Shown here: piece after piece, positions 1 to 12,498 of the stretch
Numbering within the stretch: position 1 is the first letter of the stretch
Layout of the letters: every line of letters begins with the position of its first letter
Translations under genes and position numbers: made by a program
The notes under the pieces: generated by a model
What the model saw: only the letters and a program-made list of their open reading frames with translations
The model's database searches: none
Told to the model about the DNA's origin: nothing
Source: Podarcis vaucheri
Lineage: Eukaryota
Assembly: GCA_965113315.1 (NCBI GenBank)
Contig: OZ220377.1
Reading direction: 5' to 3' (one strand)
Length of the DNA: 64,000 nucleotides

Positions 1-3000
1 CTGCTTTTTGGTAATCTCTTTGATTTTGTTTTCTGCTTGCTGCTCATAAAAATGTAGAAAAAAAAATAAATCGGTAAAACCAGGAAATGAAACATGAACT
101 CTCTGGCTGCAATTAGTTTGCATATCGTTTCTGTTAACAGATGACTGAGGCATGCAGACTTGGAGCCCTGCTGGTGGATGATTTGAACTTGGAGCCAGGA
201 GAGGATTCCTAGAGGCTTGCCTATCCAAAAGACAACCCTTTTCCTCCTTGAATGTTTTCAGGCCCTTGCAGAACAGTTCAGCAGTACACGGGAGAGGAGG
301 AGACCCGTTTTTGTTTGCTGGATCACGGCCTGGCAAGCTTTAGCATAGAATTCCTTCAGCATCACTGCCATTGTATTTCCTGGAGTCCATATCCACCAAA
401 GGGGAAGAGGGCATTTAGGCATTGCAGCGACTGAGGACTGTTGAACCCTGCTGGATGCGATTCCTATCAAAATGGGGTGGGTGCAGATTGGCCTTTTTTG
501 ATTTTCAAATGTAGTTGGCATTACAATTTTCATAGAGACCTCAAATTGCCAATAGCTGATGGCATTTTTGTTCAAGAGCCATCTCTGTAGCCAGTAAGCA
601 GCATACAAACTACATAAGCAACACCAGATCTCTGAGCACCCAGGCACTGCAATGTACTCAGACTCAACAAGTCACAACCTTGTTCTCCTTGCCTGACAGT
701 GTGCAAGTTGTTAAGCATATCCACCATTCCAGACATGCACACACTCTTACTTCCCTCAAGTAAGGGAAGGGAAGTTCATACTGCTGAACCTACTGAATAC
801 AAATCCTTTGTCAGAGGTCACATACAGAATTTGGCAGAGACAGGACTTGAACACAGGACTCCTAAAATCCATGTCCAGTTCTTGTTTTCTATGCCCTCGC
901 AACTCATAAATCTTGTGATCTGAAGCATTTATAAAAGTTGAATTTACTTCCATTACTACCATACTTGTGGCTCTTGATTTCCTTTGCAACTCTAGGTCAT
1001 GAGGCCTATGTATTGGAGGTCCTAAATAATTGTATTTAAAGCATTTCATAAAGGACAGTGCCATGCACCGGAATTTCATCATGTCACAAGGACCAAGTAC
1101 TTCCTCTTCCACAGCTGTGGTCATTTAGCTTAGGAACTAGTCCGTTGAAAATAGTACAGCATCTGAATTAAGTAAAAATCACTGGGGCCCTAAAACGACA
1201 TATTTTGAAAAGCTGCACAATTCAAAGACTTGGGAAAATGCTCTAAAAGGGCTCTTAATGAGCTGTGCCATTGGACTCTTGAGATCGCATTCACATTCCC
1301 ACGGTGCTAAATCACCCTTTCTGGCAATCCTTTTTCACACTTTGCAAGCCATGACTCCTGCAAAAATGAGCAATGGCTTAATTCCTAGTGACTTCTGCAC
1401 GTGTTTACTGGATGAATTACACCCCCTCCCCCTTGGTTCTTGCTTAACGTATGGGCTCCATGTCAATTTAATAGCTTTACTGCTGAGGAACTGAGTGCAA
1501 TGCAGGGACACCTGACCTTAGTTCTGAAAAGTGTGTGATGTTCTGTAACACTGCTTGCACCCTTGAATTCTGTTTCAAAGATCCAAAGAACCCTTGACTG
1601 CAGAAAACCACCTTACACTGAGGTCAGACCAATGGTCCATGTAGCTCAGTATTGTTTGGCTCGCCAAGATTGAAGGCCGGCTTCTCTCCCCATCTTATTT
1701 AGAGATACTGGCAACTGAAGCAGGGGTGTCTCTGCAAAGCAGATGGTTGTCACTGAGCTACGCCCCTGCCCCTAACATCACAACCAGTTTCTTGCGCCCC
1801 AAGCAAACGTTCCTCGATGGGTCTTCAACGGCACATATGGAAACCACGTTCGGAACAAGAGGGGTGTTTTTTAAGGGCGGTTTGTTAGAGTCACCAAGTT
1901 ATGCTAGACTTGTGCAAATGTCTCAAAAGCCACAGTACCCGCTTTTCCTGGAAAGCCTTTCATTATTGTTTACAACAAACCAGTTGAAGATCTGCTTCTC
2001 TGTTAGGCCTTCAGTCTGTCTGCAACTCTGGGCTCATGCTAGGGATGGATGAATCCCATCTTACTGCAAGTCCTTCACTCTCACAAGTGTTTGCTCTTAA
2101 GTCCATATTAAAAACAACCAAAAGTTTTCGTTTCATTTTTTAGAGCTGTTTTATCCCAAAAGATGCATTAAAAATGCTTTATTCTTTATGCTGAGGACTG
2201 GTTCAACATTGGGAGTATTGTATGAACCTACGAAAATACTGCAGATAACCTGCTTTTGCAGCAGGGCAGGCTGAGCCACAACCTTTATCCCTGATGTGCT
2301 AGCCTTCCTACTTGCAGGGACGTTTCTGGGGAGGCACCACTTTAAAGTGGTGTAGACAAGATGATACTTTCCAATTGCAAAGAAGTATGCTGCAGCTGCA
2401 TTTTGGCATGGTTATCTTGGAACATGAGCCAGAAGGTAAGACAATGATTGTACCGCTGTCTGCTGGAAAGCAGACAAGACTACTCTGCCTCCCCAGGCAG
2501 GTTCCAGGACTCCCTCCCCAGTAGGTTCAAGACTGATGCTGTCCTTTAAACTGTGATCTGGTAAATTCCCCCTAAGAACAAACATAGCATTGCTCAGGGC
2601 ATTGTTGTGAATTTTAAAACTGCTCCACTAACTTGCTGCTACCTCTTGCTTGCATTCTAAGAAGAGACCAGGGGCACACTGATGTAGCAAGGAGGGCATT
2701 TGTGTGGGTTCCTTCAAATCCTGGGCCAAGCCTTGTGCATGTGTGCACACATGCATGCTAAGATGCATATATTGTGTGTGGATTTCAGTGGAAGTTGCTT
2801 TTGGGTCTTAGAAAAAGCAAGTTTTAAAAACAAGTCCACATTTGCTTGCATTCTTACTCTTCTACCTCTGCTTCCAACTTAGGAATATAGGAACTGCTCT
2901 TTAGATTCCATCCTGGTTTTTTCTTGTTTTTTCTTTTAAGGTCTGTCGGGGCCATTTCCCCACCCACCCACCCACCATTGTTCCTTCATAAGTCACTCTG

Positions 3001-3981
3001 TTTATGCTTTTAGATTTCTGAGCAAATGCCTGTTTTCTATTGGAGCGGCCTACACATATTGCTTGATTCTGACAATGGTAGGCCCTTTTCAAACAGGCCC
3101 TTTTTCTTTCCAAGAACTCTTCAGGCACTCGCAGAGCATGCAGACTGGAATCCCGTTGCGTCTCGGGCTGCAGTGTGGCGATGTGCCATCATCCCTTCCT
3201 GCTGAACGTGCTGTGGGGAGCACTGGAGGTGGACGGCATGAAATAAATATGGGAAATCTGTGTACCCACAGAAGAGGCAGCCTGCTGCCTCTCAGAACAG
3301 TGGGTGGCTCTCCCATTTCTCTAGATTCATGGAATTCTGGAGAGAGAAAACCCTCTGGCGCACAGGGGATTGGATCACTCAGTTGCTCTTGCAGAGGCAC
3401 ACAGCAGAATTGGCTCTTGCCTAGAACTGGAAGTAACTTTCCAGAGTTTCAGGCAAGGATGCTTTCTAACTACAGAGAAATGTTACCTCCATCATTAAAA
3501 GTAAGCCCCTTTCAGTCCTCTCTTGACTACAAGCTGCCTGTTATTAGGAACAGAACTAATTCATTGTTATTATTATTAGGATTAGGATTGATTGATTGAA
3601 TTTATATACCACCCTATACCGGTGGTTCACAGAATAAAATCAAAATATAGAACCACGAAAGACATAATCAAAATAAAACAACCCAATAACCCCCACCCAA
3701 AGAAACCCGTCCACATTTTAAAAGGGCATAGGATGTCAGTCAAATCAACAAAAGACCTGGTTAAAAAGGAACATTTTTGAGTGGCGCCTAAAGGTGTATA
3801 ATGAAGGCGCCAGGCAAACTTCCCTGGGGAGAGCATTCCACAGAGGGGGAGCCACTGCAGAGAAGGCCCCGTTCTCGTGTTGCACCCTCTGGACCTTTCA
3901 AGGAGTAGGCACATGAAGAAGGGCCTCAGAAGATGATCTCAGGGTCCAGGTCGGTTCATATGAAAAGAGGCAGTCCTTGAG

Positions 3982-4418
3982 TGTCAGGGAACTGCCATCA
4001 GAGGCACGGGAGAAGGAGAGGGTCTCTGATTCTGCAGGGGAAGGTCCAAGCACTAGAGGGAGACGCAGCCGGGTAGAAGGGGAAGAGAATGAGGGTAACA
4101 CCAGGGATTCAGGAGAGCAATGGGACAGGGAGGTGCAGGGGCTCCAGGACTCTTCGTTGGAAGTTAGCGAGGAGAGCCCAAGCACCCCGCTGCCCACGCC
4201 CACCCTGCGCAGGAGACTCCCGCGCAGTGAGAGGCAGAAACGATTGGGCGTCAAACAACTCTTATGTTGGCAACACTTTAAGAAACGCCCACAGACAGAT
4301 TCTACAAGTGACTAAGGGCAGCCACGCAAATATGGGCTGCGCAGTCCGGAGGGTTTAACCAGGCAATCCGATGCTCAAACGGAGCAGGATTACGCACGAG
4401 TAACTCCCAGCCACTACA
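3982..4418 (+). mobile_element. Solo LTR (Gypsy-like)
   Basis: TG...CA termini; perfect 5-bp TSD TTGAG (3977-3981, 4419-4423); cleanly splits the L2. Confidence 0.8.
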
Positions 4419-5041
4419 TTGAGGTATTGTGGTCCTGAGCTGTTTAAGGCTTTATAAGTAAAAAACCAGCACTTTGATTTGGACCAGGTAACCAATTGGC
4501 ATCCAGTGCAGTTGGACCAGGATTGGTTTAATAGGCTCAAAGTGTCTTGCTCCGGTAAGTAACCTGGCCACTGAATTCTGCACTAGCTGAAGTTTCCAAA
4601 CCGTCTTCAGAGGCAGCCCAATGTATCACACATTACAGTAATCTAACCTTGAAGTTCCCAGAGCAAAGATAACAAAAGTTAGGCTATCCTTGTCCAGATA
4701 GGGACGTAACTGGGCCACCAGCCAAAGCTAATGAAAGGCACTCCAGACCACTGAGGCCGCCTGAGCTTCGAGCAACAGCAAAGGATCCAGGAGTACCCCC
4801 AAGCTATGAACCTGCTCCTTCAGTGTACGTAACCCCATCAAGAGCAGGCAATCTCCCACCCATCCAGTCTAGGGAATCATCCAGGAACGGGGCTTCAGTC
4901 TTTCTGGATTGAGTTTCAGTTTGTTGGCTCCCATCCAGTCCATTGCCAAGGCAAGACACTGGTCCAGCACTTCCACGGCCTCACCTGCAGATGTAAAGCA
5001 GAAATAGAGCCAAGTGTCATCAGCATACTGCTGACAATGTA

Positions 5042-5250
5042 CAGTGGTACCTCAGGTTAAGTACTTAATTCGTTCCGGAGGTCCATTCTTAACCTGAAAC
5101 ACCACTTTAGCTAATGGGGCCTCCCGCTGCCACTGCGCCGCCGGAGCACGATTTCTGTTCTCATCCTGAAGCAAAGTTCTTAACCTGAAGCACTATTTCT
5201 GGGTTAGCAGAGTCTGTAACCTGAAGCGTATGTAACCCGAGGTAACACTG
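5042..5250. mobile_element. Tc1/mariner (Tigger/pogo-like) MITE
   Basis: TIRs CAGTGGTACCTC / GAGGTAACACTG; TA target duplication. Confidence 0.85.
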
Positions 5251-6211
5251 TACTCCAAACCTCAGGATAACCCCACCTAGTGGTTTCATGTAGATGTTTA
5301 ACAACGTTGGGTATAGTATTGAGCCCTACGGAACCCCACATTGAAGGTTCCACAATTGTCCTTACTGGTAGTGGTCTCCCAGGGCCTCATGCAGAGGTAT
5401 TTCCCCATTGGCTGGGGGCCGATTTTGGTAATCTGTCTCCCTGAGTAAGGACAAAATTTGGGGCCACCCCTCCCCCCATATTTCTTATTTTCACAATACA
5501 GACAACTTCCAATTTATGTAGGAGTTACATTTTAAAGCACTGTGTGTTTAAGTGAAATCACAGATATTTGAAACACAGCTGGAAAAACCTGCAAACACCC
5601 CGTTCTACCCACATTCCATTGGGTCAATTCCAGGTTTGGTGCAATACACATATGCGTGGTCACGCACATACTGAACGTGTGCAAATGAGGGGATGCCTGT
5701 AACTGAGTAGGTACCTGTATAAATATAGCTGTTTTTAATTTTGCATCTCCTCGGCTCAGCGCCCTGTGCAGGGGATCCACTCACACTGCCCTGTCTTGTG
5801 CTCCAACAGCTGTTTCAGGCATCTTTTAACCTGGAGGTTTCCAGGATCCCGCCCCCCCCTGCAACGCATGTGCTCTGCTCCTAAGCTACATTCTCTGCTC
5901 ATTGCTCAGGCTGGGGTCCAGTTTAAAGGAAAATAATCTCCAGGCATGATTTTGGCACTCCTCATGCCTTTTGCTTTTAAAATCAGACATGCGCACCCCA
6001 GCCGCTCTTTTGTAAATGATTGGAGCAGGCATCCAGATGTTGCTTCTCATTTGTACCCAGATTTAAAGTGGTTTTATTTAACATTAAGCAACAACAACGA
6101 CAAAGTGTTGGATTGCTTTACTAGAGGAGTGCTGTTTTCTTGACTAGATACAAGGAAGTAGGAACTGTGCAGAAAGAAACCTGATCTGTCCCAAATTCAC
6201 TCTGGCTACAT

Positions 6212-6472
6212 CAGGGGTCAGCAAACTTTTTCAGCAGGGGGCCGGTCCACTGTCCCTCAGACCTTGTGCAGGGGCCGGACTACATTTTTTTTTGGGTGGG
6301 TGGGTGGGGAATGAACAAATTCCTATGCCCCACAAATAACCCAGAGATGCATTTTAAATAAAAGCACACATTCTACTCATGTAAACATGCTGATTCCCAG
6401 ACCATCCCAGGGCCGGATTTAGACTGCGATTGGGCCGGATCCAGCCCCCGGGCCTTAGTTTGCCTACCCATG
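6212..6472. mobile_element. hAT (Charlie-like) non-autonomous DNA transposon
   Basis: TIRs CAGGGGTCAGCAAACT / AGTTTGCCTACCCATG; 8-bp TSD GGCTACAT/GACTACAT. Confidence 0.8.
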
Positions 6473-7444
6473 GACTACATCTTTGCTGGTTCAAATAGGA
6501 AAGGATCCATTTCCTAGGGTTACTGTCGGATGGCGGAAGAGTCAAGCGTGTGCCTCGTTAAGATGTTGGTCACGTATATCATCTTCCTATTGCTAAAGCC
6601 ACTTAGGAGGGAGGCTGTAAAATCGCTTCCCCAAAAACCGTGGCTTGCTGAAGCCATCTAGTGGGGGAAACTGAAAATGCCGTTTGGGTTTGCGATGGTC
6701 TTCCCTCTGCCTGATCAGATGCATTGTGCCATCTGTTTGACTGCTTCAACACATGTAAAGCACAAGTTAATAGATGAAAGACAAGGATAAAGTTCTCCAG
6801 GTCATGCAAGTCCTTTGTGAACTTAAACAAGAAAGTGAAGGCAAAGGGGCAGAGTGTTTCCAATAACCACATTCTCATGCACATCAGAGTTCTTTGGAAA
6901 CTTACAGAATGCTAATCACCAGAAGGCGAGCGTCACTGAAAGCGCATTGAGGAGAAACCTGCTGGATCAGGCCCAAAGTCCAGCATCTAGTTTCCTACAG
7001 TGGCAAATCAGATGTCCCCGGAAGACCCACAAGCGAGGAATAAAGTTGATAGCCCTCTTCCTGTTGCTACTTTCTCCACAACATCTCATAGACTACTACC
7101 ATGGGTGGGACATTCTATGGCACGCTTTCAGTTCAAATACAGTGACAGAAGAGCCCAGTAGACCACACCTGTGGGCCATGTCAAAAGGGTATGAGCTCTG
7201 TGATAGCATCCCTAGGTTCTTTGGCAGACACGGCAGAGAATACGATGTTCCTGGAAGGTAAAAAGTTAGAAAAGGACACGGAAATGTGCGATGCCACAAA
7301 TAAGGCAGACAGCTGCTGTCTAAAATAAAGTTGCATTCTTAAAGCATGGCTATTTGGGAGCATGGAGATTACTCATGAGTAAACAAGCATAGCACGGCGC
7401 TGCTAAGTGTGCTGTACTATAACTACAGCAGGAATGTGTTGTCA

Positions 7445-7595
7445 CCTCGGGGAACAATGGGTCAGTGCTTCTGGCTGTTAATCAGCAAGATGCTGGTTCA
7501 AGCCTGCCCAGGGACAGCTGTGGGCAAGATTCCTGCATTGCAGGGCGTTGGACTGGATTACCCTTGGGATCTCCTCCAGCTCTATGATTCTATGA
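7445..7595 (+). mobile_element. tRNA-Asn-derived SINE with CR1 3' tail
   Basis: Head resembles tRNA-Asn(GTT) (...GGCTGTTAA...GGTTCAAGCC..CCCAGGGAC); followed by ATTCCTGCATTGCAGGG...TGATTCTATGA. Confidence 0.65.
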
Positions 7596-8191
7596 GACCA
7601 CCTAAACTGGAATGCTGCTAGTGTTTCAAGCACTATAAACTGGGCAGAGAAGCTGTGCCCCTCCAGATATCTCTAGACCACAACTCCCATCATCTCTGTT
7701 CCATTGGCCATGCTGACTGGAGCTGATGGGAGTTGGAGTCCAACAACATCTGGACAGCCACAGGTCTTCCCCTCCCCTGTGTTCAAGCATTGCCCTGGTT
7801 TGCCATTCTTTCCCAGCTGACACTCGACCAGCTGTGGTTACTGAGCGTGCTCAGGCTTTATATTTGGCCTTGTTTGCCTAATTAGCTAAGCAAGTCTCTG
7901 GGTTCCCCTAAGAGTAGACCTCCCTCATTTTTGCCCTGTTAGTGGTCCCTGTCTGCCAGCACCCACTACCTTCTTTCACTCAGCATCTCCAGCCCTCAGC
8001 ATCTCCAGCTAGGGCTGTCTAAGGCTCCCTTCTTGAACCCCTGGAGAGCCACTGTCCTAGAGAGCCACTGGACAAGACTCAGCCATATGGACCCAGGATC
8101 TATAAGCGAGGCAGCTTCCTATGTTAATAGTCAAATCAACCCTTTAATTCAGACTCATGAGGACTAGAACCATGTTCTGTTTTTAGGAGAA

Positions 8192-8330
8192 CAGCTGTAG
8201 CTCAATGGCAGAGTGCCTGCCTTGCTTCCAGAAGGTCCCAGGTGGAATCTTTGGCATCTCCAGGTAGGGCTGGGAAAACACTCCTTGCATAAAACCGTGG
8301 AGAGCTGCTTCCAGTCAGCGTAGACCAGCC
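8192..8330 (+). mobile_element. tRNA-Ala-headed SINE (probably Squam2-type)
   Basis: GCTGTAGCTCA...GAAGGTCCCAGGT...GGCATCTCCAGGTAGGGCTGGGA; related copies near 1612-1768(-), 25195-25337(+), 36612-36745(-), 62720-62865(+). Confidence 0.7.
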
Positions 8331-8691
8331 TGTGGATCGGGACCTGCATGAACCTTATGGAATCGGATTGCAGGCTTTATCACATTTACTTGCATGCCTC
8401 AAGCTAGTGTTTATCAAATAGGCAAAGGTGCAGTTAAAATGCATTAAACTGGTGGTAGCTGAAGATCTGAGGTCCAAAATTTGGGAGATGATAAACCGAT
8501 GGGGCCAAGTAAATTTGGGTTTGTGGGTCAACATACCCAAAAAGTTAGTATGAAGTAAGAACGTACAGTAGGCTTCCTGTACGTCAGGGAAATGTCCTGT
8601 TTTCCGGGTGTAAAAATGGCGTCAGGGGGGGATTTTGCCAAAGTGGCAAAATGTCAGGGAAAACCTGGATGGATGGAAAAAGCAGAAGAAA

Positions 8692-9110
8692 CGGTCGGTG
8701 GAAGAAGACTGGAAGAAATTTAAAGACTCTTTACAGAAATACTGCCAAATTAATGAATGTTAGAATGATGTCAGAATGAAGTTAAGTGGTTTTAGCAGCA
8801 CTGCTACAAAGGAGTATGTAAAAATGGTTTGTTAACAGGTGAGAATCCAAAGCTACAATATATTAAGTTAAAGGGTTAGGATAAAAACAAAGAGGGAAAG
8901 GATTTGCTGAATTAACTAACTGAACTGGAATACAAAAAAGGGAGGTGTGAGGAGGTCAGGGAAACAAGTAAATGAAAGACAAGACATGGAAAGATTGGTT
9001 TGTTTTTAAATGTTTTTATTTTTCTGTATTTTGTATTTGTTCCTTTTTTCCTTTTTCTTATTTTTGTAACCTTTTTTGAAACTTTAATAAATATCTTTTT
9101 TATAAAAAAA
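8692..9110 (+). mobile_element. 5'-truncated L1 (ORF2 C-terminus, 3' UTR, polyA)
   Basis: 17-bp perfect TSD GGAAAAAGCAGAAGAAA (8675-8691, 9111-9127); EEDWKKFKDSLQKYC...*; AATAAA plus A tail. Confidence 0.85.
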
Positions 9111-10705
9111 GGAAAAAGCAGAAGAAAGGGCTCCAAAGAATTTCACTATTTTGAGGGAAGGTTTTCCCCCAAAACTCTCCAAAAATATGGCAACCCGAAC
9201 GTAAAGAGAGGGCCGTCTAGTCCAGCATCTGATCCACTCAGCAGCCAGTTAAATAGATCTAGGAAACTGGCAAGCAGGAGCTGAGTTCATCTCTCCTCCC
9301 GTGGCTTCCAGCACCTGGTATTCAGAAGCATTTCTGTGCAGAGAGGCCGACAGCTAGATGGACCTCATGGCCTGACTCAGCCAAAGGGAGCTTCCTGCGT
9401 TCCTCTGTCCTGCAGACGAGGCCCTGTCCTCCACAGCAAGCCTGGCATGGGCCCGTGCAGCTGGCCTGCCTGTGTCTAATGAAAGAGGCAGGAGGGGGTT
9501 TTAAGCAGGCAGTTTTTATGGACTGCCTCGAGAGTCTTTCATGCTTCCCCCTGGTTTTCGTGGGTTTGGGGCAGCCTGCGACTGCCGAGAGAGAGCCAGC
9601 CCCCATTGTCTGGCAGCTGCTGCGAGGAGCGTTTCTTGTTTCCAGCGGAATTCTAGACATCCCTCTAAGCTTTCCCCCGCCTTTGATGTGGCCGTGAATC
9701 TCTGCCTTTGTCCTCTTGGACTCTAGGGGCCTCCTTTGCCGGAGAAATATTTCGGCCGTCTTCCCACTTCGCTTCGCGAGGTTCCTTCCGCAGAAAAGCA
9801 AAACCGAATGGGCAGGTCGCTTTGCTATCCGTCCTTATTTGTAATTACTATTTTTTCCCCTTTTGTATTACTATTTTTTTTTGCGCGCAAACACATACAG
9901 GCACAACGAACACCAAAGACGTCGCACAAATTCAGATTTTAAGTGCCATCAAGAGCAGCAGGTGACAAAGATCTGTAGCAGGAAGCAGAGCCTCAGGGCT
10001 CAATCATATAACATCATTTTATTTTATTATGCTTTTAAAAAGCATGCTGCTGTGTTTTAGGCTTTATTTCCTAAATTTATATACCACTTGATTTAAAAAA
10101 AAGATTGATTTGCAAAAAGAATAAAACAATATTATTATTAGCAAAAACAAAATCCAAACAATTAAAACCAGAAATAAACTAATCAGCTGTCTAGATATCT
10201 GGGTAGGCTTGTCTAAACAAAAATGTTTTTAGCAGGTGCCAAAAAGAGTCCACTGAAGGCGCCTGTCTGATATCGACAGGCAGGGAGTTGTGGAATAGTT
10301 ATGGATACCTGTAAAAGTGCCAGTTCCGCAAATCGAAGTGGTGGGAGAGGGTATATAGATTGGGTGACGTGGTCTCGCAGGTAAACTGGTCCCAAGTTGG
10401 TCAGGGCTGGAATTCCTGCATCGCAGAGGCTTGGATTGATGACTCTTGGAGATCCCTTCTAACTCTACAGCTCTTTGATTCCGTGACTGACTGTTGCTGC
10501 CTGCATATTTCAAGCCACTTTGCTTTGCTTTTCAAGTTGGAGTGCTCTAGTGTGGTGTTTACTCAAGTCATTAGCTTTGTCTTCGGGTGAGGACTTGGAA
10601 TGCGGAAGGAGAACATTGCCAGCTAGAGGACCCTGACCCAGCCCACCTTCATGCCCCCTATCACATGCCCTCCAACATTACAATGAAAATAGGGACATCC
10701 TATTC

Positions 10706-10750
<45 letters not shown>
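10706..10750. repeat. (AAT)15 microsatellite, probably the tail of an adjacent LINE remnant
   Basis: Seen directly. Confidence 0.9.
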
Positions 10751-10751
<1 letters not shown>

Positions 10752-11132
10752 GTGTTATTTATACCCCACCCATCTGACCAGGTTGGGTGGCTTCCAACAT
10801 ATATGAAAACATAATAAAACATTAAATAATAAACTTCTCTATACAGAGCTACCTTCAGATGTCTTCTAAAGGTTGTATAGTTACTTATCTCCTTGGCTTT
10901 GGGGGGGTGTCACATAACTCCATACCTTCCAACATTTCTCAGATAAAAATAATGGCATCCTAAGGAAAAGTGGGCCATTCTGGGATCAAATCAAAAACCG
11001 GGATGGCTTCTGTAAATCCAGGACTGTCCTTGGAAAATAGGGACAGTTGGAGGGTCTGCTATCACTTCCTTGGCACTCTATGTACCAGGGATGGAGAACC
11101 TGCAGCCCTCAATTTATTGTTAGGTTCCCATC

Positions 11133-11472
11133 CATTGCTGTCAAGTGTCCCTTATTTGGCGGGACAGTCCCTTATCCCAGCACCATGTCCCGCTGCTGTC
11201 CCTTATTGATGATGTCCCTTAGATAAGCTACTGAAGGTAATGGGGCCCTTTCTATGTCCAGCTGTCCTTTGTCAACAACAAATTGTTGCTGTTTTTTGTG
11301 TTGAATATATGCTATATGGTAATTTATGGGCCTAATAGGTATCTAAAGCCATTTGAATGCAACAAAATATGTATTTTATCAAAGTAATTGTTCATCCCCT
11401 ATTTTGGCTGCTGATCCCTTATTTTCGAGGCTGCTGGTCCCTTATTTTCAAATCTGTAAGTTGACAGCTATG
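11133..11472. mobile_element. Non-autonomous DNA transposon with TCCCTTAT subterminal repeats, nested in a hairpin MITE
   Basis: TIRs CATTGCTGTCAAG / GTTGACAGCTATG; 8-bp TSD TTCCCATC/CTCCCATC. Confidence 0.65.
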
Positions 11473-11860
11473 CTCCCATCACCCCTGGCAATTCACCATC
11501 TGGAGCCACAGATTCCCCACACAGATACAGCTTAGGCCCAGGCTCTCTGAAGGGCTGGATTCTTCCACACAAACTTGCCCAGGCTCTGATATCTTCGGAG
11601 GAGACCCTGGCTACTTCAGCAGCCAGCCTCATTCCAAAATCAGACCATTGGTCCATCTAGCTTAGTATTGTCTACCCTGACTGGCAGCAGCTCTCCAGGG
11701 GATGCTCCCAAGCCCTACCTGCAGATGTCATTGGGGACTGAAGCTGAGACCTTCTGCCTGCAAAGTACTACTGAGCTATTGTCTGCTACAAAGGGGGGCG
11801 GTCTAGTTCCCATGGCTTTAAATAAAGGACTGAGTTAAGAATGTAGGAAGCTGTTGCATT

Positions 11861-11972
11861 CCTGCGATAGCTCAGTCAGTAGAGTACCAGACTCTTAATC
11901 TCTGGGTTGTGGGTTCGAGCCCCATGTTGGGCAAAATTCCCCCACGTTGCAGGGGGTTGGGCTATATGACTC
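11861..11972 (+). mobile_element. tRNA-Lys(CTT)-derived SINE with partial CR1 tail
   Basis: TAGCTCAGTC.GTAGAG...AGACTCTTAATCTC.GGGT.GTGGGTTCGAGCCCCA.GTTGGGC, then GTTGCAGGGGGTTGG. Confidence 0.7.
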
Positions 11973-11992
11973 TCGCTTGGACCGTTGGTCCA

Positions 11993-12498
11993 CTAGCTCA
12001 ATATTGTCTCCTCTGACTGGCAGCAGCTCTCCTAGCTCAATATTGTCTCCTCTGACTGGCAGAAGCTCTCCTACCTCAATATTGTCTCCTCTAACTGGCA
12101 GCAGCTCTCCTACCTCAATATTGTCTCCTCTGACTGGCAGCAGCCCTCCTAGCTCAATATTGTCTCCTCTGACTGGCAGCAGCTCTCCTAGCTCAATATT
12201 GTCTCCTCTGACTGGCAGCCGCTCTCCTGGCTCAATATTGTCTCCTCTGACTGGCAACAGCTCTCCTAGCTCAATATTGTCTCCTCTGACTGGCAACAGC
12301 TCTCCTACTCAATATTGTCTCCTCTGACAGGCAGCAGCTCTCCTAGCTAAACATTGTCTCCTCTGACTGGCAGCAGCTCTCCTAGCTCAATATTGTCTCC
12401 TCTGACTGGCAGAAGCTCTCCTAGCTCAATATTGTCTCCTCTGACTGGCAGAAGCTCTCCTAGCTCAATATTGTCTCTTCTGACTGGCAGCAGCTCTC
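11993..12498. repeat. Minisatellite, 13 x 39 bp (CTAGCTCAATATTGTCTCCTCTGACTGGCAGCAGCTCTC)
   Basis: Thirteen units counted; unit 9 has a 1-nt deletion. Confidence 0.97.

Larger units (their letters stand above)
3565..5360 (-). mobile_element. L2-clade LINE 3' fragment, interrupted by a solo LTR and a Tigger-like MITE
   Basis: Reverse strand reads GVP.GSIL.P.L.NIYMKPL and CQQYADDT (RT motifs) across the MITE; microsatellite tail at about 3565-3600. Confidence 0.8.

Noticed and set aside
1-90. AATAAA at 65-70 as the end of the SRSF1 3' UTR
   Set aside because: Plausible by synteny, but the hexamer sits in an A-run and no SRSF1 sequence is recognisable in the window
3063-3599. 178-aa ORF with nearby splice-like sites
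   Set aside because: Non-ATG start, no recognisable domain, and it runs into a LINE tail
11861-11935. Functional tRNA-Lys gene (likewise the Ile-, Asn- and Ala-like sequences)
   Set aside because: Stems are disrupted and each is fused to a SINE/CR1 tail, so these are SINE heads
11993-12498. CRISPR-like array
   Set aside because: Units are contiguous with no unique spacers; eukaryotic DNA with no cas genes
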